A stretch of 63,765 nucleotides of DNA, counting the filler, from Klebsormidium nitens (lineage: Eukaryota > Plantae > Klebsormidiophyceae), in NCBI GenBank assembly GCA_000708835.1. It is 6 parts of 6 records of this genome, joined end to end, with 100 filler letters (N's around TTAATTAATTAA, not from the genome) between each part and the next. Parts side by side here need not be neighbours in the genome. Positions count along the whole stretch, not along the records: positions 9,298 to 39,499 come from DF237775.1; 5 more parts are not named here. The stretch is one strand, 5' to 3'. Of this stretch, positions 22,852 to 35,440 are shown one piece after another. Position 1 is the stretch's first letter, and each line of letters begins with the position of its first letter. The translations under genes were made by a program, and so were the position numbers. The notes below the pieces were generated by a model. The model was given only the letters and a program-made list of their open reading frames with translations, did not search any database and had not been told where the DNA came from.

Positions 22852-25800
22852 ATGAGTAGCTCTGGCCTGCAGCCGGTGAGTTTCTTCTCTTACTCGTCTA
22901 ATTTGCTGACAGACGGCATTGCTGGACCTGAAGTAGTATTTTGAATGGATCAAATCCCGAGGCTATTGCAGACTGTACAAATTTTGCAGTTTGATTTTGC
23001 AGGGCCCTCAAATCAGAATGCAGAATTTCTAAAAGAATCAGGCCTGAAGTCTGATGATTGTGGTACTAATATGAGAAGCCTGGAACATTCTTACACAAAT
23101 CACAAAGAAAAAACAGTCAAGTGTTTACTTAAAAAAGCAAGTCAGTTGTCGCACGCAATGTTTCTGCCACTTCGCAAGTATGTGCTGTCTTCTTGTCAGG
23201 CTAGACAAAAACGCTCACTCAGATCTTTTCTGATTGCAGCTTCAGAATGCCTTCAGTGGCTTCACAAGATTGTCCAAGGGGATCGCGGTGCTTCTTGCAG
23301 TTGGGTTTCTGGTTGTGACGGTGCTTCCATGGGCGTTGGAGTATGTGGCCTTGGTGCCCGGCAAGTGCGTACCTTCGTAGTTTCCCTCACCTTGTCGTAC
23401 TCTTGAGCAGATGTGCATGTTTTCTCTATTCGAATCGACATTGCGGAGGTTCTTCTTCAGTCTGTTTGAAGATGACACTGCGTGCATCGCAAGCTGTTCA
23501 TTAGAATGCTAGTCGCCTTTGTGCAGGTGCGCAACGATCAATCTTTCTTTAAGTGGTTAAAAGTATGTGTCCCTTTCTTGTGCAGGTCCATCCCTATGGC
23601 ATGGAATCTTCTGACAGCTGGCTACATAGAAAAGTCGCTTCTCAGCGTGAGTAAATTCCACCCATTCCGTACCTAGTAAGATGTCGACAAGACGACACTT
23701 GGCAAAGGTTTGTCTGCGCTTCACCTCTCATCTGGACACCGTAGATTGTCTCCATGCTCTGCTCTAGCTGGTCAAAACTGATTGAAGTTTCTTGCCACCA
23801 CTTTGGGCTTCTGATACCAAGATTGGACTTAACAGCCTTCTTGCGTACAGCAGAACTGAATTGAATCTTCTCCTACTTGCAGGCAATTGTCAATGTTCTG
23901 GCCGTTCTTTTCATCGGGAAGACCTTGGAGCCAATCTGGGGTTCCAAGGAGTTCCTGAAGTTCATCGTCTTGGTTAACCTCTTCACAGGGGCTAGCACCT
24001 TTGCCACAATGATCTTCTTGTACTTTTGCACAATGAACGAGGACTTCTTGTGAGTGGTTCACCCCTTGCCTTACCTCGCAACGTGCTTTATGGGTCACTA
24101 TTATCAACATGCAGTTGCTTGTCAATCTTATGGCGGATCGTATCCCACTAATCAGAGGTTGTGATTTTTGCTTCGGATACATGTAAAGATTGCCTGACGT
24201 GGGCGTCACCTCGTTCTTGTCCGCTGCTTCGTAAGCCGCTTGACTGGGCCCAGATTACTTTAGAGAAACACTCGAATCTATTCCTTCCTCCAGGTATCCA
24301 AAAATCTCGGGCTTTCATGGGGTGGTGGCCGGTTTCCTTGTGGCCATCAAGCAGCTGATGCCAGACCAGGAGATCACAGCCTTCTTTGTCTTCAAGTTCA
24401 GGGCCAAGGTACGTGCTGATAGACTGGAGAACCAGCGGTGCTCGGTATGCCTCTGGTGGACCACCACGCGATTCGTCAGGCAACAGCATTGGATATGCGA
24501 TCGTTCCCTGTTTAGGGCTCGCCCAGTGTCAAGCTCCACATTCAATTGCTTCGAAGTTGATAGCTGAAAGTTGTTCTTGGCTGACTAGCGATTCAACTTC
24601 GTTCGTTGACTCCTGTCTGCAGCACGTTCCGTCTCTGTTCGTGCTGGTCAGCGTCGTTTTGTCCCTCCTTGCTGGGGACGCCGTTCAGCTCCTTCCCTTC
24701 ATCCTGTTTGGCACCTATGGCAGCTGGCTCTACCTGCGCTTCTTCCAAACCCGGTCGGAGAGTAACTTGAGGGGGGACCCAAGCGACGAGTTCGGCTTCG
24801 ACACTTTCTTCCCGGAAGTTGTTCGGTGCGGATATCTTCCCTGATAACAAACCGAGAGTATTGCAGCATCTCCCTTCTGGGAACTGAAGTTCCACGTATC
24901 TGCTTATGTTGCACTGCGGAACGAGCAGTTTAGTCTACATAGCATTTTCCTCCGCCTTGGTACTGCATGGATCCTCGTCTTTTGCAAAAATAATAGATTA
25001 TCAACCTCGGCAGAAAACGGTACTTGGATGGTTGTTCCCTCCAAAATAAAGTGTCAATTTGCGTCGGATTAGCTCGTAGGCGCCAACGTTTTGGAAGCGT
25101 ATGATCCCGAATGTCGCTTGAGCTGAAAAAACATGCGGTTGCAAGTGCCATGACGAAACGAAAGTTGGTACTCTTTTTCGCTTCCAGCCCTGCGATCCGG
25201 CCAGTAACGACAATCCTGAGCAAGATCTTTTGTGGGAGACGGTCCGCAGAGGGTGAAGAGGGAACGGGCCACATCTTAGGGGGCAAGCCTTTACCGGGCT
25301 CCGATCCTGCCGAAGCGACACGGCGAAGGTACAGGCCTGATGTTTTGCTCTCTAGACCATGGTTGCCACGGCTGAAGGAGAACGCTTTTCATTACGCCTG
25401 ACTAGACATCAGCGGCTGGCGACCTCTAGAGTATTTGAGCGGGCTTTTTGAATTCTTTGTCACTGTCAGCAGAGTTTGTTGGTCTCCGCTCTAGCAGAGT
25501 CAACTCTGACGAACGGTGCAAGGTGAGTCGCTTAGACCTTCTCCCATTGCCGTGTAGGTGGAGTGGCATGTATCCGTGAACCTGCTTGCCACGTTCCTTC
25601 AGCACCTTAATTGAAGGCCGTCAAGGTGCCCGTGGTTCTCTATGAGCAAGCCTGCAGAGGTTTGGCGCCAGGATACATTTGAATGCGCCGAAGAGTACAA
25701 ATCCTGCATTGATCAGAGGTTGCGGTTCGTGCTCCCTGTCTGAAGTCCTTACTTTGAGTTACTTTCTGGTTCTTAATTCAAGTTGCAAGAAAGCCATCGG

Positions 25801-26077
25801 GGCCACCCCTGGTTGTTGGTTGTGGCAGGAGCGGTCTCGATGAACGGCTGTGGCCTCATCTCAAGGGCTCAGAACAGCAGTGAGAAACTCATTGACAAGA
25901 GGCAAATGGGTGCTGCTTTCTTGTAGGGAGCGAGGAGCCCGTGCTTTGGAAGAGAGGTTGGCTGCGGCTGCCCAAAACGCAACAGGGGCGGCGGACGGTG
26001 GGGCGTCAAGTCTCCCAGTTTCTAGCAAGCCGCCTGGGATGGGCAAGGAAAAGGCACCCGCTGACGAAAGCGTCTGA
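22852..26077 (+). CDS. RBL19: TMEM115 / rhomboid-like protein 19 ortholog; 8 exons (22852-22875, 23240-23364, 23586-23646, 23883-24049, 24294-24408, 24623-24825, 25188-25328, 25927-26077)
   Basis: Spliced product contains GFTRLSKGIAVLL, KSIPMAWNLLTAGYIE, IKQLMPDQEI, FGTYGSWLYLRFFQ, LRGDPSDEFGFDTFFPE and GKPLPGSDPAEATRRRERGARALEERL, matching plant RBL19/TMEM115. Confidence 0.9.
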
Positions 26078-27170
26078 CACATCGAGTTAGTGAAGTTTAG
26101 CAGACAACTTGTTGCTCTTACAGCCTGGTGTAGATAGTTTTGGAAGGTTCTTGTAAGCAGTCTGGTCTGATCGATGTGTGCAAACATGCTCTCCCCTGCG
26201 ACTCAGGATCATAACATCAAGCTCAACGATGTCAAGTCTGCGCAGCGGATCACCGCTTGTGACAGGTTGGGTGCAAGCAGGATCCACTTTCAAGAAAGCT
26301 TCAAGAACGTCGAATCATACAAGGTGCAAGGTGACACTCCGCTCGTCCTTTGCTGTACATATTGCAAGGGTTTGAGACACTGCAGTGTGTCTCAGCATCT
26401 CGGCGAAGCAGTCACTTGAGACCTCATTGTATGCAATTGTTGAGGCCGTGTAGTATAAGCCATTTCAAGAGCTGCCGAAAGTCTTCTGCTTCTTCTAAAT
26501 GGGGTATGTCCCTGATACATGATGGTAAGCAAGCTGCTTGGGTCACGTCATCTTAATTGACTGCTTTCCATGACTGCCATGATGAATAGTACATGTAAGC
26601 AAGCTGCACGGTCATCAAACCATGATAAATGGAACATCATATATGGTGTACATGACGAGATGCTGCATCCTGCGCGGACAGAGTCCATGTCTCCATGTGC
26701 AGATTGTCGTCTGCGCAATGACTGCCACCGCTCGAATAATGGAAGCAGCTCGTGTGCGCGCGTACGCGCGTACAGTGGGCATGCGTTCCAAGTTCTGTTG
26801 CAACAGGATTGATTCTGCATTTACTTTTGCATAATGCACCGGTTCAGTGACATCATGATTCACGGGGACAATTCTACAGCGCAATGGCGGCCTCAACTTT
26901 CAAGCAAGCTTGCCCAAGGCCAATTCCAATTCTGCCACAAATCCGCAGCATTGGTTGTCTCTCCCCCGTGAGTACGCTGTGGGTAGGTTCCTCCACTCAG
27001 CTGCAACCTTGATTCCGGTGACCAAGACGGCTTGTTCTTATGTGCTCGGATTGCACCATATACAGCCACCCCAGCACCTTCAGAACCCCATCCAGATTAC
27101 TTTGAGCAAGAAAACCTGGGTTTTCGGCCTCCAATTGACTGACGCCCCACTTCCCTGAAAGCTGAGGAGA

Positions 27171-30100
27171 ATGCTGGGTTTTTCTCGGCATGATGTGAAG
27201 GTGGCAGCATTGGCAATTGTGATGATGCTGGTCATGCCCGGTAAGCAGACTCAGCTGACGGGCCAACCTTTTCTGTCAAGGCCACAACGTCATTCGTGTC
27301 TGAGTCATCAAAAACTTGCCATGCCTGAGAAGCAGTGGATTCTTCCAAATTGAAAGGGTGATGTTGCTTTTGTCAAAGCCTTGCATCAGGTCATTCGTGT
27401 CTGAGTCATCACAAACTTGCCATGCCTGAGAAGCATTGGATTCTTCCAAATCGAAAGGGTGATGTTGCTTTTGTCAAAGCCTTGCATCAGGCATCGGAAT
27501 GGCTTGCAGCAGGTGCCAGGGCAGTATGGCAATGCAAAGGCTATTTCTTGAAACGATGAGCTCCAGTTGGTCAATTCAGTTGCCCAGCATACTCCTTTCC
27601 AATGTGACGTCACTGTGGTCAGACTGTATCCTTACGAGGAGCTTCCATACACTTGGAACCATGATGCTGAGTCAACCTGCTTTTCTTTTGAAAGTCGGTG
27701 CCTGCATCTCCCTGTTCATTGTTCACTTGCAACATTGTCCTTCCACTGGCTCCTTTCTGGAGCACTTACATTCCACCTGCCATGACAATAGCTTGCTTGT
27801 TGCGCTTACATTTTGTTGCAGATTGGGTATCATAACTGCCTAGGCATCCCTGAGCAGCTCCACAGCTTGGACGGCATTGCCTGGCATATGGCCTAACATG
27901 AATCCAGCCTAGCTGTCTGTCCCTGCAAGATGATCATGATTTTGAAGTGGCGCGGTAAAGATTACCCATGCAGGCCCCTCCCTGTTCTCCCTCTAGGTCT
28001 GCAGCCCACCCCGCGGGTTCCCGACACATCCTACAGGGCCAACCCCAGCACACTACAGCAGCATGTGGAGTACTTTGACAGGAACCGTGACGGGGTCATC
28101 AGCCTGCCTGAGACTTTTGAAAGTAAGCTGCACGGGCACGCAGATCTATCCAAACTTGACCCTTTCAATCTGTTTGAATTGGAAAATTTCAACACATTCA
28201 AGAAGCCTAATGTTCAGAATGGCCGCTTCTGCCCAAGCAGACATGACCGGGCATCTAGCTTCCTCCATTCGTAGCAATGCTATTCCACACCCGCGCACAA
28301 GCACACGTGAACAACAATCTAAAGCCATTCATTAACCTTGCTTGATTTCTTGTGAGGATTGGATTTGAAGCCCTAGTCCTTGTGGCTAGAGCCTCAGACA
28401 CATGATGGCAAAGCGGGGCAATTGCAGATCTACCGGATCTCTTTTCTGTTTTCGTAAGAATCAAAGAAGCCCAGGTTTGGGCCGCGACACTCCTCCAGAG
28501 AAAAATCCTGTGATGCCAGTCAATCAACTGACTGGCCGACACGCAATTGTGCAGGCCTCAACCGGTTGGGTTTTAACTGGTGGGGCAACTTTTACCGAGC
28601 CCCATTCATCAATTGGGGCCTGACGATGGGGCTATATGTCAAAGGGTTCCCTCCTCTTAGCTTGGTACGTCATTGCTTTGCTATCCAGGCTTACAATTTT
28701 GCACAAAGTCCAAAAGGCTCTTGCAAAAGAACCCTCGTCATAGTCAGCTCCCATCGTTGATGCAGCAAAGGGTTTCGCGTAGATTCAATTCACACGAGGG
28801 TAACCAGATTTGCTGCCTCCATGCGTTCTGCCATTCTTAATGAGAACTGACGAGTGCTTGCGTTGCTAGCAGCCCTCAACGGCGTGTTTCTACATACAAC
28901 TTTGGTATCCTTGAAGATCATGCATGAGCAGCTAAGATCCGCTCTGAAGTATCTGACTGGGTTGGTTTCTTTGGTCCAAGGCTTCAACCCTCTAGCCAGA
29001 GGTAAATGCAAATTACTGACTTGTGCTTGAAGTACAGCGAAGTCCTCAAGCGAACGTCCCTCCTCAAGAGAACCCTTTCAATCCCAAGAGCCTACGCATC
29101 AAGTTATGCGGAAATGCTGATTCTGCGCTTGCTCAAGAAGCTATTGAACATAGGACATAGAGCTTCTTGATGCTCCAGCCAACACACAGGGCTTCTCCCG
29201 GCAGCCACAGCTCGCAACATGCCTGACAAAAGCACCGTTCTTGATTCTGCAGTCGTCGCTCATCTCTCCGGCCTTCTGGAACCACCTTCTGTCGTTCGAC
29301 TTCCAGTTGCGGGTCCCCATCCAGACCATCCACCAGACGATCCACCCCAGCGACTCGGGCGTGTACGACAAGAACGGGCAGTGAGCGTCTCGCCTCGTCT
29401 GCATTTATACCCTCACCGCACCTTCTCGCCCAGACGCAGTTCTTGATGGGACCGATCTCTTAAGGCTCAGGAATGTATTTCGTCCTTCGCAAGTGCTTTT
29501 GCAGTCAGGAGAATCCAAAGACTTAAAGCCGCAGCTGTTTAGTTTTATCCGCTCTTTTGCAACTTCGCGTTTCTCCATGTAGGGTTAAGCACCAGTCCTC
29601 GTGCTTCCTGGAACAGAGGACACCTCACCGTCGCTCATAACCGAAACTCTGCCTTGCTCTGACTTTTTCCTTGGTTCAATACCTTCTTAGGTTCAATGAA
29701 GCGAAGTTCGAGCGGCTGATGTCGTTCGACAAGGCCGGCAAAGGCGGCATCAATCGGTGCGAAATGACCCGCTTCATCAAGGCAAACAACAACCCTCCAG
29801 ACGTACCCGGCAAGTGAGTGACTGTGCGGACTATGCAGCCCTCGGCTTTCGGCCTAGGATGTACGTTTGAAGAGCACAGTCACCATATGCTCACTGATGC
29901 CGCCCTTTTTGATGGAGCGATGCTAAGTCACTCCGTTTTCTGGGCAGCTTTGGGTATTCAGCGCGAAGACTATCATTGTTCCTTCGATCGTCTCATTGAA
30001 GCGGTAGTGTACTCTGCGGTGTTGCATTTCCGAAACGGGTGTGACGCCATCTGAAGTGTATGCACTCCGCTCACCCAGGATCAAGCTCTGTGTGCAGTAT

Positions 30101-30281
30101 CGGTTCCAAATTCGAGTGGTTCAATGTGTTCGAGATCCTGCACGACGACAAAGGCGTCATGAGCAGGGAGAAACTCCTCAAGATGTACAACGGGTCCGTG
30201 TTTGAGGAGATCGAGCGCGCGGTCGCTGCTAAGAAGGGCATCCAGACCGTGAGGACCTCCGCAATGAAGAACGATGCTTAG
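27171..30281 (+). CDS. Caleosin/peroxygenase-family protein; 6 exons (27171-27240, 27997-28122, 28555-28664, 29253-29370, 29691-29813, 30098-30281)
   Basis: STLQQHVEYFDRNRDGVISLPETF (heme His + EF-hand); IHQTIHPSDSGVYDKNG; KFEW...HDDKGVMSREKLLKMYNGSVFE. All junctions are GT-AG and phase-compatible. Confidence 0.88.
27289..27490 (+). repeat. Tandem duplication of 101 bp in caleosin intron 1
   Basis: gtcattcgtgtctgagtcatca...gtcaaagccttgcatcag occurs at 27289 and 27390 with few mismatches. Confidence 0.9.
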
Positions 30282-31684
30282 AGGCTGGCATTTCTGTGGT
30301 CGTACAACCATAACTTATGAGGGGTTGCCGGCCGTCCATCCTGTATGCAGCATTCATCTCTCTTGAATCTAGAGCCGAGGCAAACTGGTTTTTCATGGGC
30401 CTCAATGTTACGAACTACATAGTATGTTCGCTAAAACAATCTGCACGATTATTAAGTAGATGACACTCCTGAAGAATGTTTATGCTGATTGGATATCGTG
30501 AAGACTGACCTTAGGTCTGCAGATTACTTTGTACTAGCTCAAACTGGAAAGGTTGAACTGTATACTGTAGTTGGCCGGTTTAAGCTCCTTAAGCCTGCGT
30601 GCACCACATTGTAGCCACAAAAAATCTAACCAGCAGCAGCCAATGAACCACGTGGTTCAAACTTGCCATCTTCATGTTTAAGATATACCTAGGTAGTACA
30701 TACACACGTCCATTAGTCGGAATTATTGCATGGCCGGATGAAACACATTGATAACTGTAAGTACGTCATGCACTACTTCAAGTTGCTGTGTCAGGCCGTC
30801 CTCCTTCATACAAGCTCATTGTCCCTGCTTACATACACAGGGATCTATCAATCTGTGGATCTTATCTGATATCTTGTGACTCAGTTTCGAAGAACTCATC
30901 ATGATCCACAATCACAACGATGTAAAATGTAGTGACAACAATTGATTTGCTGGACCTCAGCCTGTCTCTGTATGTTACCACTTTTCTAGACTACTCCTTT
31001 GGACTACTGAATCTCCTTGCACTAAAACCTACATGGAGTTGGAGTTGTTCCTAAGCTCGGTCTGTTGAAACATCATACAATATCTGTGTATCTTTACACA
31101 AGTGTTTGATCCTGTTCTTTACCTGTATGGGTGCGTGCTCTCAAGATTAAGTTACATTATCAATGCCAGGGCTTCGCATGCTCTTCACTGCAACATCAGT
31201 GCCAATGGCTGTCATATTGTCACCTTCGATCCTGCAAGATCACACTGAACTTCAGTCGAACGTTTTTTGCTGATGCAGTGTTTAGTGATGAACTGGCAGA
31301 GTACTGCTGTTTTCTAAGAAGGGCCCTGACGACCAAGCAATCAAAAGTCAGCCCAGTCCATGCGCTATCATGTGATCTCCTACTCAAAGATGCAATTGGC
31401 AAGCTGTCAGACCGCTTCTCAAATTCAAGTGCATACGAATGTTTCAGCAGATCCCAGCCACTGAGCTGGCCAGAAGAAGGGCTTGCATTCAAAAACTCAG
31501 GATGAAAGCGATACCTGCGAGTGAATGCATGGTGCTCTTCAATAGCTCTTTACAGGGCTGACAATTGGCAGGCCTGGAGGAAAGTTGCCATGAAAAGATA
31601 AGCTTAAAGAGTTGCCCTTTGTGGCTAGGACAACGACTAGAAAAACTCACGTGCGATGTTACAGTGATTGTATGAGTGCTTGTT

Positions 31685-31999
31685 TCATTGGAAGTCAGCC
31701 GCTGTCACCTCCTCTGGTGCTGCCGTCACTTCCGGGTCTAGCGAGTGCGTGACCTCCTGATCTGAGGGCGCGTGCGCTGCTGCTGCTGCTGCCGTCTGTG
31801 ACTGCTTCTCAAAGAACTTGTGCATCTCTCGCTGCTCTTGGGCTAGCTCTTCCTTCTCCTGAGAACCCTGACCAAGCGGATGCGTCACAGCCTGGTCGGA
31901 CGGGGCCTTGGCTGCAGCCTGTGCTGCGCTGTCTTCCTGTTGCTCGAGGAATGCATGCAGAGCCGCTTGCTGGGCAGCCCCCTCTTGTGCGCTCGCCAT
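31685..31999 (-). CDS. Hypothetical 104-aa Ala/Gln/Glu-rich protein with an internal duplication
   Basis: ATG-initiated single-exon ORF. FLEQQEDSAAQAAAKAPSDQAVTH is repeated as FFEKQSQTAAAAAAHAPSDQEVTH. Confidence 0.5.
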   Translation of the reverse strand: MASAQEGAAQQAALHAFLEQQEDSAAQAAAKAPSDQAVTHPLGQGSQEKEELAQEQREMHKFFEKQSQTAAAAAAHAPSDQEVTHSLDPEVTAAPEEVTAADFQ

Positions 32000-32867
32000 G
32001 ACGGATCACTGCCTGTGCCGCTCTCAAAGAAAAAGGAGCGAAATTTTCCCTGCGCAGGGAATCTGCGCCTGCAAATTGGTCTGCAACCTCCACCTCCAGC
32101 AACTTTTGATAGAGCTGTGCTTTATCAAAGCCAGCTAGCTAGGCCAGGTAGCTCGCTGGCACTGCGCAAGCTGCATGCATGGTGAGCTGTCCACCAGAAT
32201 TCACCTCCAGGTTTCGTTTCGGGTTAGATTGCTTGGTCAACTTGTAGACGCAAGCGACAAGCAATGCCGTTTCTGGTGAAGGCGTTTCCAAAAGAACAGT
32301 CAGGCCTGAATCGAAATTTCATGGAGAGGTCCGAGAGGACACCGGTTTATGTCAGTCGTTTCTAAGAAACGGCGTGCTTCCTTCCCACTAACCCACTATG
32401 CTCTTAACCCTAGGAATACCCGGCATGCACCTGCCTGTGTCAGTGACTCTTCGGAGTCATGTGCATGAGTCAGTGCATGTGAGGTCTGCTTTTCAAAGAA
32501 CAGGAAGGGGGAATAAGGGAATACGGGGGAAGGGCGCTGTGCAGTCTGCACCAGCACCAGCACCAGTGGCAGCAGTGGCACCAGACAACTCCGCAGGAGG
32601 CAGTTTCAGGTGGATCTGCAACGAGCTGCATTTGGGCGCATTGTGGTGCTTTGGGTTCGCTGACACAAGCCCACAAAATCAGTCACACCGAGTGTTTTCC
32701 AGCCTGCAGATTTGTATTTTCAAGGTCGATTGCAAAGGGTTTTACGAACTTACCACCTTCGTCCTGAGTGCTCTGGGCCCTTAGGAGCAAAAACCCCTGG
32801 AGCTGGCATCCATCTTGCAGCCCATTGAGCTGGCAAAAAATATTCTGGAAGCACTGACGGTTAGACG

Positions 32868-33914
32868 ATGTCTTACAATCCCAGTCACTTGATGCCCACA
32901 GGTAAGGTAAAACCAAATGCGCCAGTTGCGGTTCCAGTTACTTAGGTACTTTTTGGCAGGCAAGAACTAAGAGCATCAGCTTTGATCATATTAGGATAGT
33001 AAAATCACATTTGTTTCTACTGATTGCAGATTCCCGCCAGCTCCGCTGTCTGAGAGTTTGCTCAACGAGCCCTGTGCCATGATCAGGTGCCTTTTAAATT
33101 CCCAAGCGGATGTTCATGTTCCTATGACAGATTGCCTTGCTTGATCCAGACTGAAAGAGGAAATCGTACATGCCTGCTATCGGCTCCTCTTATGGTGCAC
33201 CGTTCTTGTGACACGCAGAGTTGGTAGACCGATGCATCGGGTCAAAGATTTGGGTCATCATGAAGGGCGACAAGGAGTTGGTGGGGACCCTTCGGGGCTT
33301 TGACATGTATGTCAACATGGTCTTAGAAGACGTCACAGAGTAGTAAGTCCTCTCCCAGCTTTCCTGTTGAATTTGAGTCATTGTACTAGTCCAATCAATT
33401 TTAGGCGCTTTCAAGTGTGACATATGTGAGCGTTTAATCACCCGGCTCTGGCACATCATTGGCAGCTCGTTTGCACCTGAACAGATACAGATAGTTTGTT
33501 CCACTTTTTGTTGTTGAAAGGTGGCCATGAATTCCACACTGGAAAGACATATCTGCCTGGCCTGTGCCTCCTCACTGTTTTGTGAACCTTCTTGCCTGTT
33601 TACTTCTGCAGTGAGATCACCGCAGAGGGGAGGCGAGTCACAAAGCTGGATCAAATTCTGTTGAATGGAAACAACATTGCAATGGTAAGTCATCCAATCT
33701 CGCGCTGATTGGCGGTGAATTACCTGCACTTGTAGCCTCAGATCTGTTGGACTCCTGATCCAATTGGTTCCTGTCTCTCAGCTCGACGTTCTGATTTCGA
33801 TCCAACTGCTGTATGTTTTGCGCGACAACCAGATTGTTGTCCTTGAGGCCAAAGAGGTTTCGAACAAACAGTTGACTGTCTTTGCAGCTTGTTCCGGGAG
33901 GGAGCCCTGAGTGA
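32868..33914 (+). CDS. LSM5: Sm-like protein LSm5; 4 exons (32868-32901, 33219-33342, 33612-33684, 33888-33914)
   Basis: Spliced product [85 protein letters not shown]. Confidence 0.96.
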
Positions 33915-35440
33915 AAGAACATTGACAAAGGACGGTGATTGATGCTCCAAACCAAAGGACGTGAGCCGACCTTAGCCTGTGCCCATGAATCGTATTTCTG
34001 GGGTCATTGATACTACCGGAGTACTTTGCAAGTTACGAGGGGTTCAAAAGGGAAATCTTAGCAGTGTGGCCAGCACGTCCCTTACGTATCGGGGAGAAAC
34101 ATCCCTTTCAAGTAAGGGACCCCACAGCCCTGCTTGGAGGCCAGGTTGCTCTTGGGATGGTCCACTTCTCCAAGTGCATCGAAGCAGACTTTCTCAGTAA
34201 AGTTCTCAGAAGTTCTCCGTCGTTCCGATTATACACGGAGCCAGAAGCCATTTTCGTCATGGACTCGGATGTCCATGTTGGGCATTGAATGAGAGGTTGC
34301 CATGTTGCGAAGCTTCACTGGGTATTATAGCGTGATTCCTGCAACCTTGACCACAATTCGTTCAAAATACTGGCTTCAATATGCGTGTGACAGACACATC
34401 ATTAGTTGCTGCAAATCGCATAAATAATACTAGCTGGACATGTATGCACTCCTTAGCGCAGGTCTGTTTAATCATGCCGAGCCGCGATCCAATTGTCACA
34501 TCTACGGCCCCATCAACAGGCCGATATTGTCCGGTCCGGCGATCCTGGTTATAAACAATCGTCTGGGTCGATCTGCCAGACAACAAGTACTGAAATGATG
34601 TTACTTTGACTGCAAATTAGGGGCATGTGAACATGTGGATAAAGACACTGAGACGACCGCGCACGTCACGATCTTCCATGCATTCTGTAGATTTGGCCGT
34701 CAATTTGCATGCCATGATGCGACTGCATGGCTGGATTGAAGTGAGTTTAGTTCCAGGATCATGAAACAGACAGTAATACGATGGCAATACTGCGGAGCCC
34801 ATTGGCACCTGGCATGCAGTGGTGAACGTTGTATTCACATATGATTGGCAAATAATGCAGAGATGGCAGGGTGGCACTGGGACGGTCGCGACTCTGACGG
34901 TCCCTCATATCCGACCCAGCATTGCCGCACAAATCAAAAAGCTGAATTATCCGGAAACATGAACTGCCAGCGATCCACTGACCGAGCTTAGGGCCGAGCA
35001 AGCAAGGCAAGTCCGTTACAATTGTACTGTACACTTTTTTGACTAGATCGAAGCGCTTCATTATTTGTTTGGCAAGCTTGACGGCCTTGGGCCTAAAGTC
35101 GATCAGGTGGATTGATTATCTTCTGCGGGTATCATAATTCTAGATAGTCGTCAAAGAACCGAGTCCCGCGAGCAATCAGGCGGCTAGCCCAACAAACTCA
35201 TAATCAATCTGCTATGAGCCTATCACCCTCCGAACGACACACTTTCAAATGCCCTGATCTTCCGTGGTATCTACATCAAGAGCAGCTTTACTAGCTTCCA
35301 TCTACACCTGAGAAAAGAAAAGAAGGCCCCTCCCTACGAAATGCTTCCCAGCCAGCTACGCGCGCTTGCTTAAGTCAGTGTCTAGTTCATACTCCAAAAG
35401 ATCACATGTAATGGTTATTTGATCTTGGTAGACGACCTTC

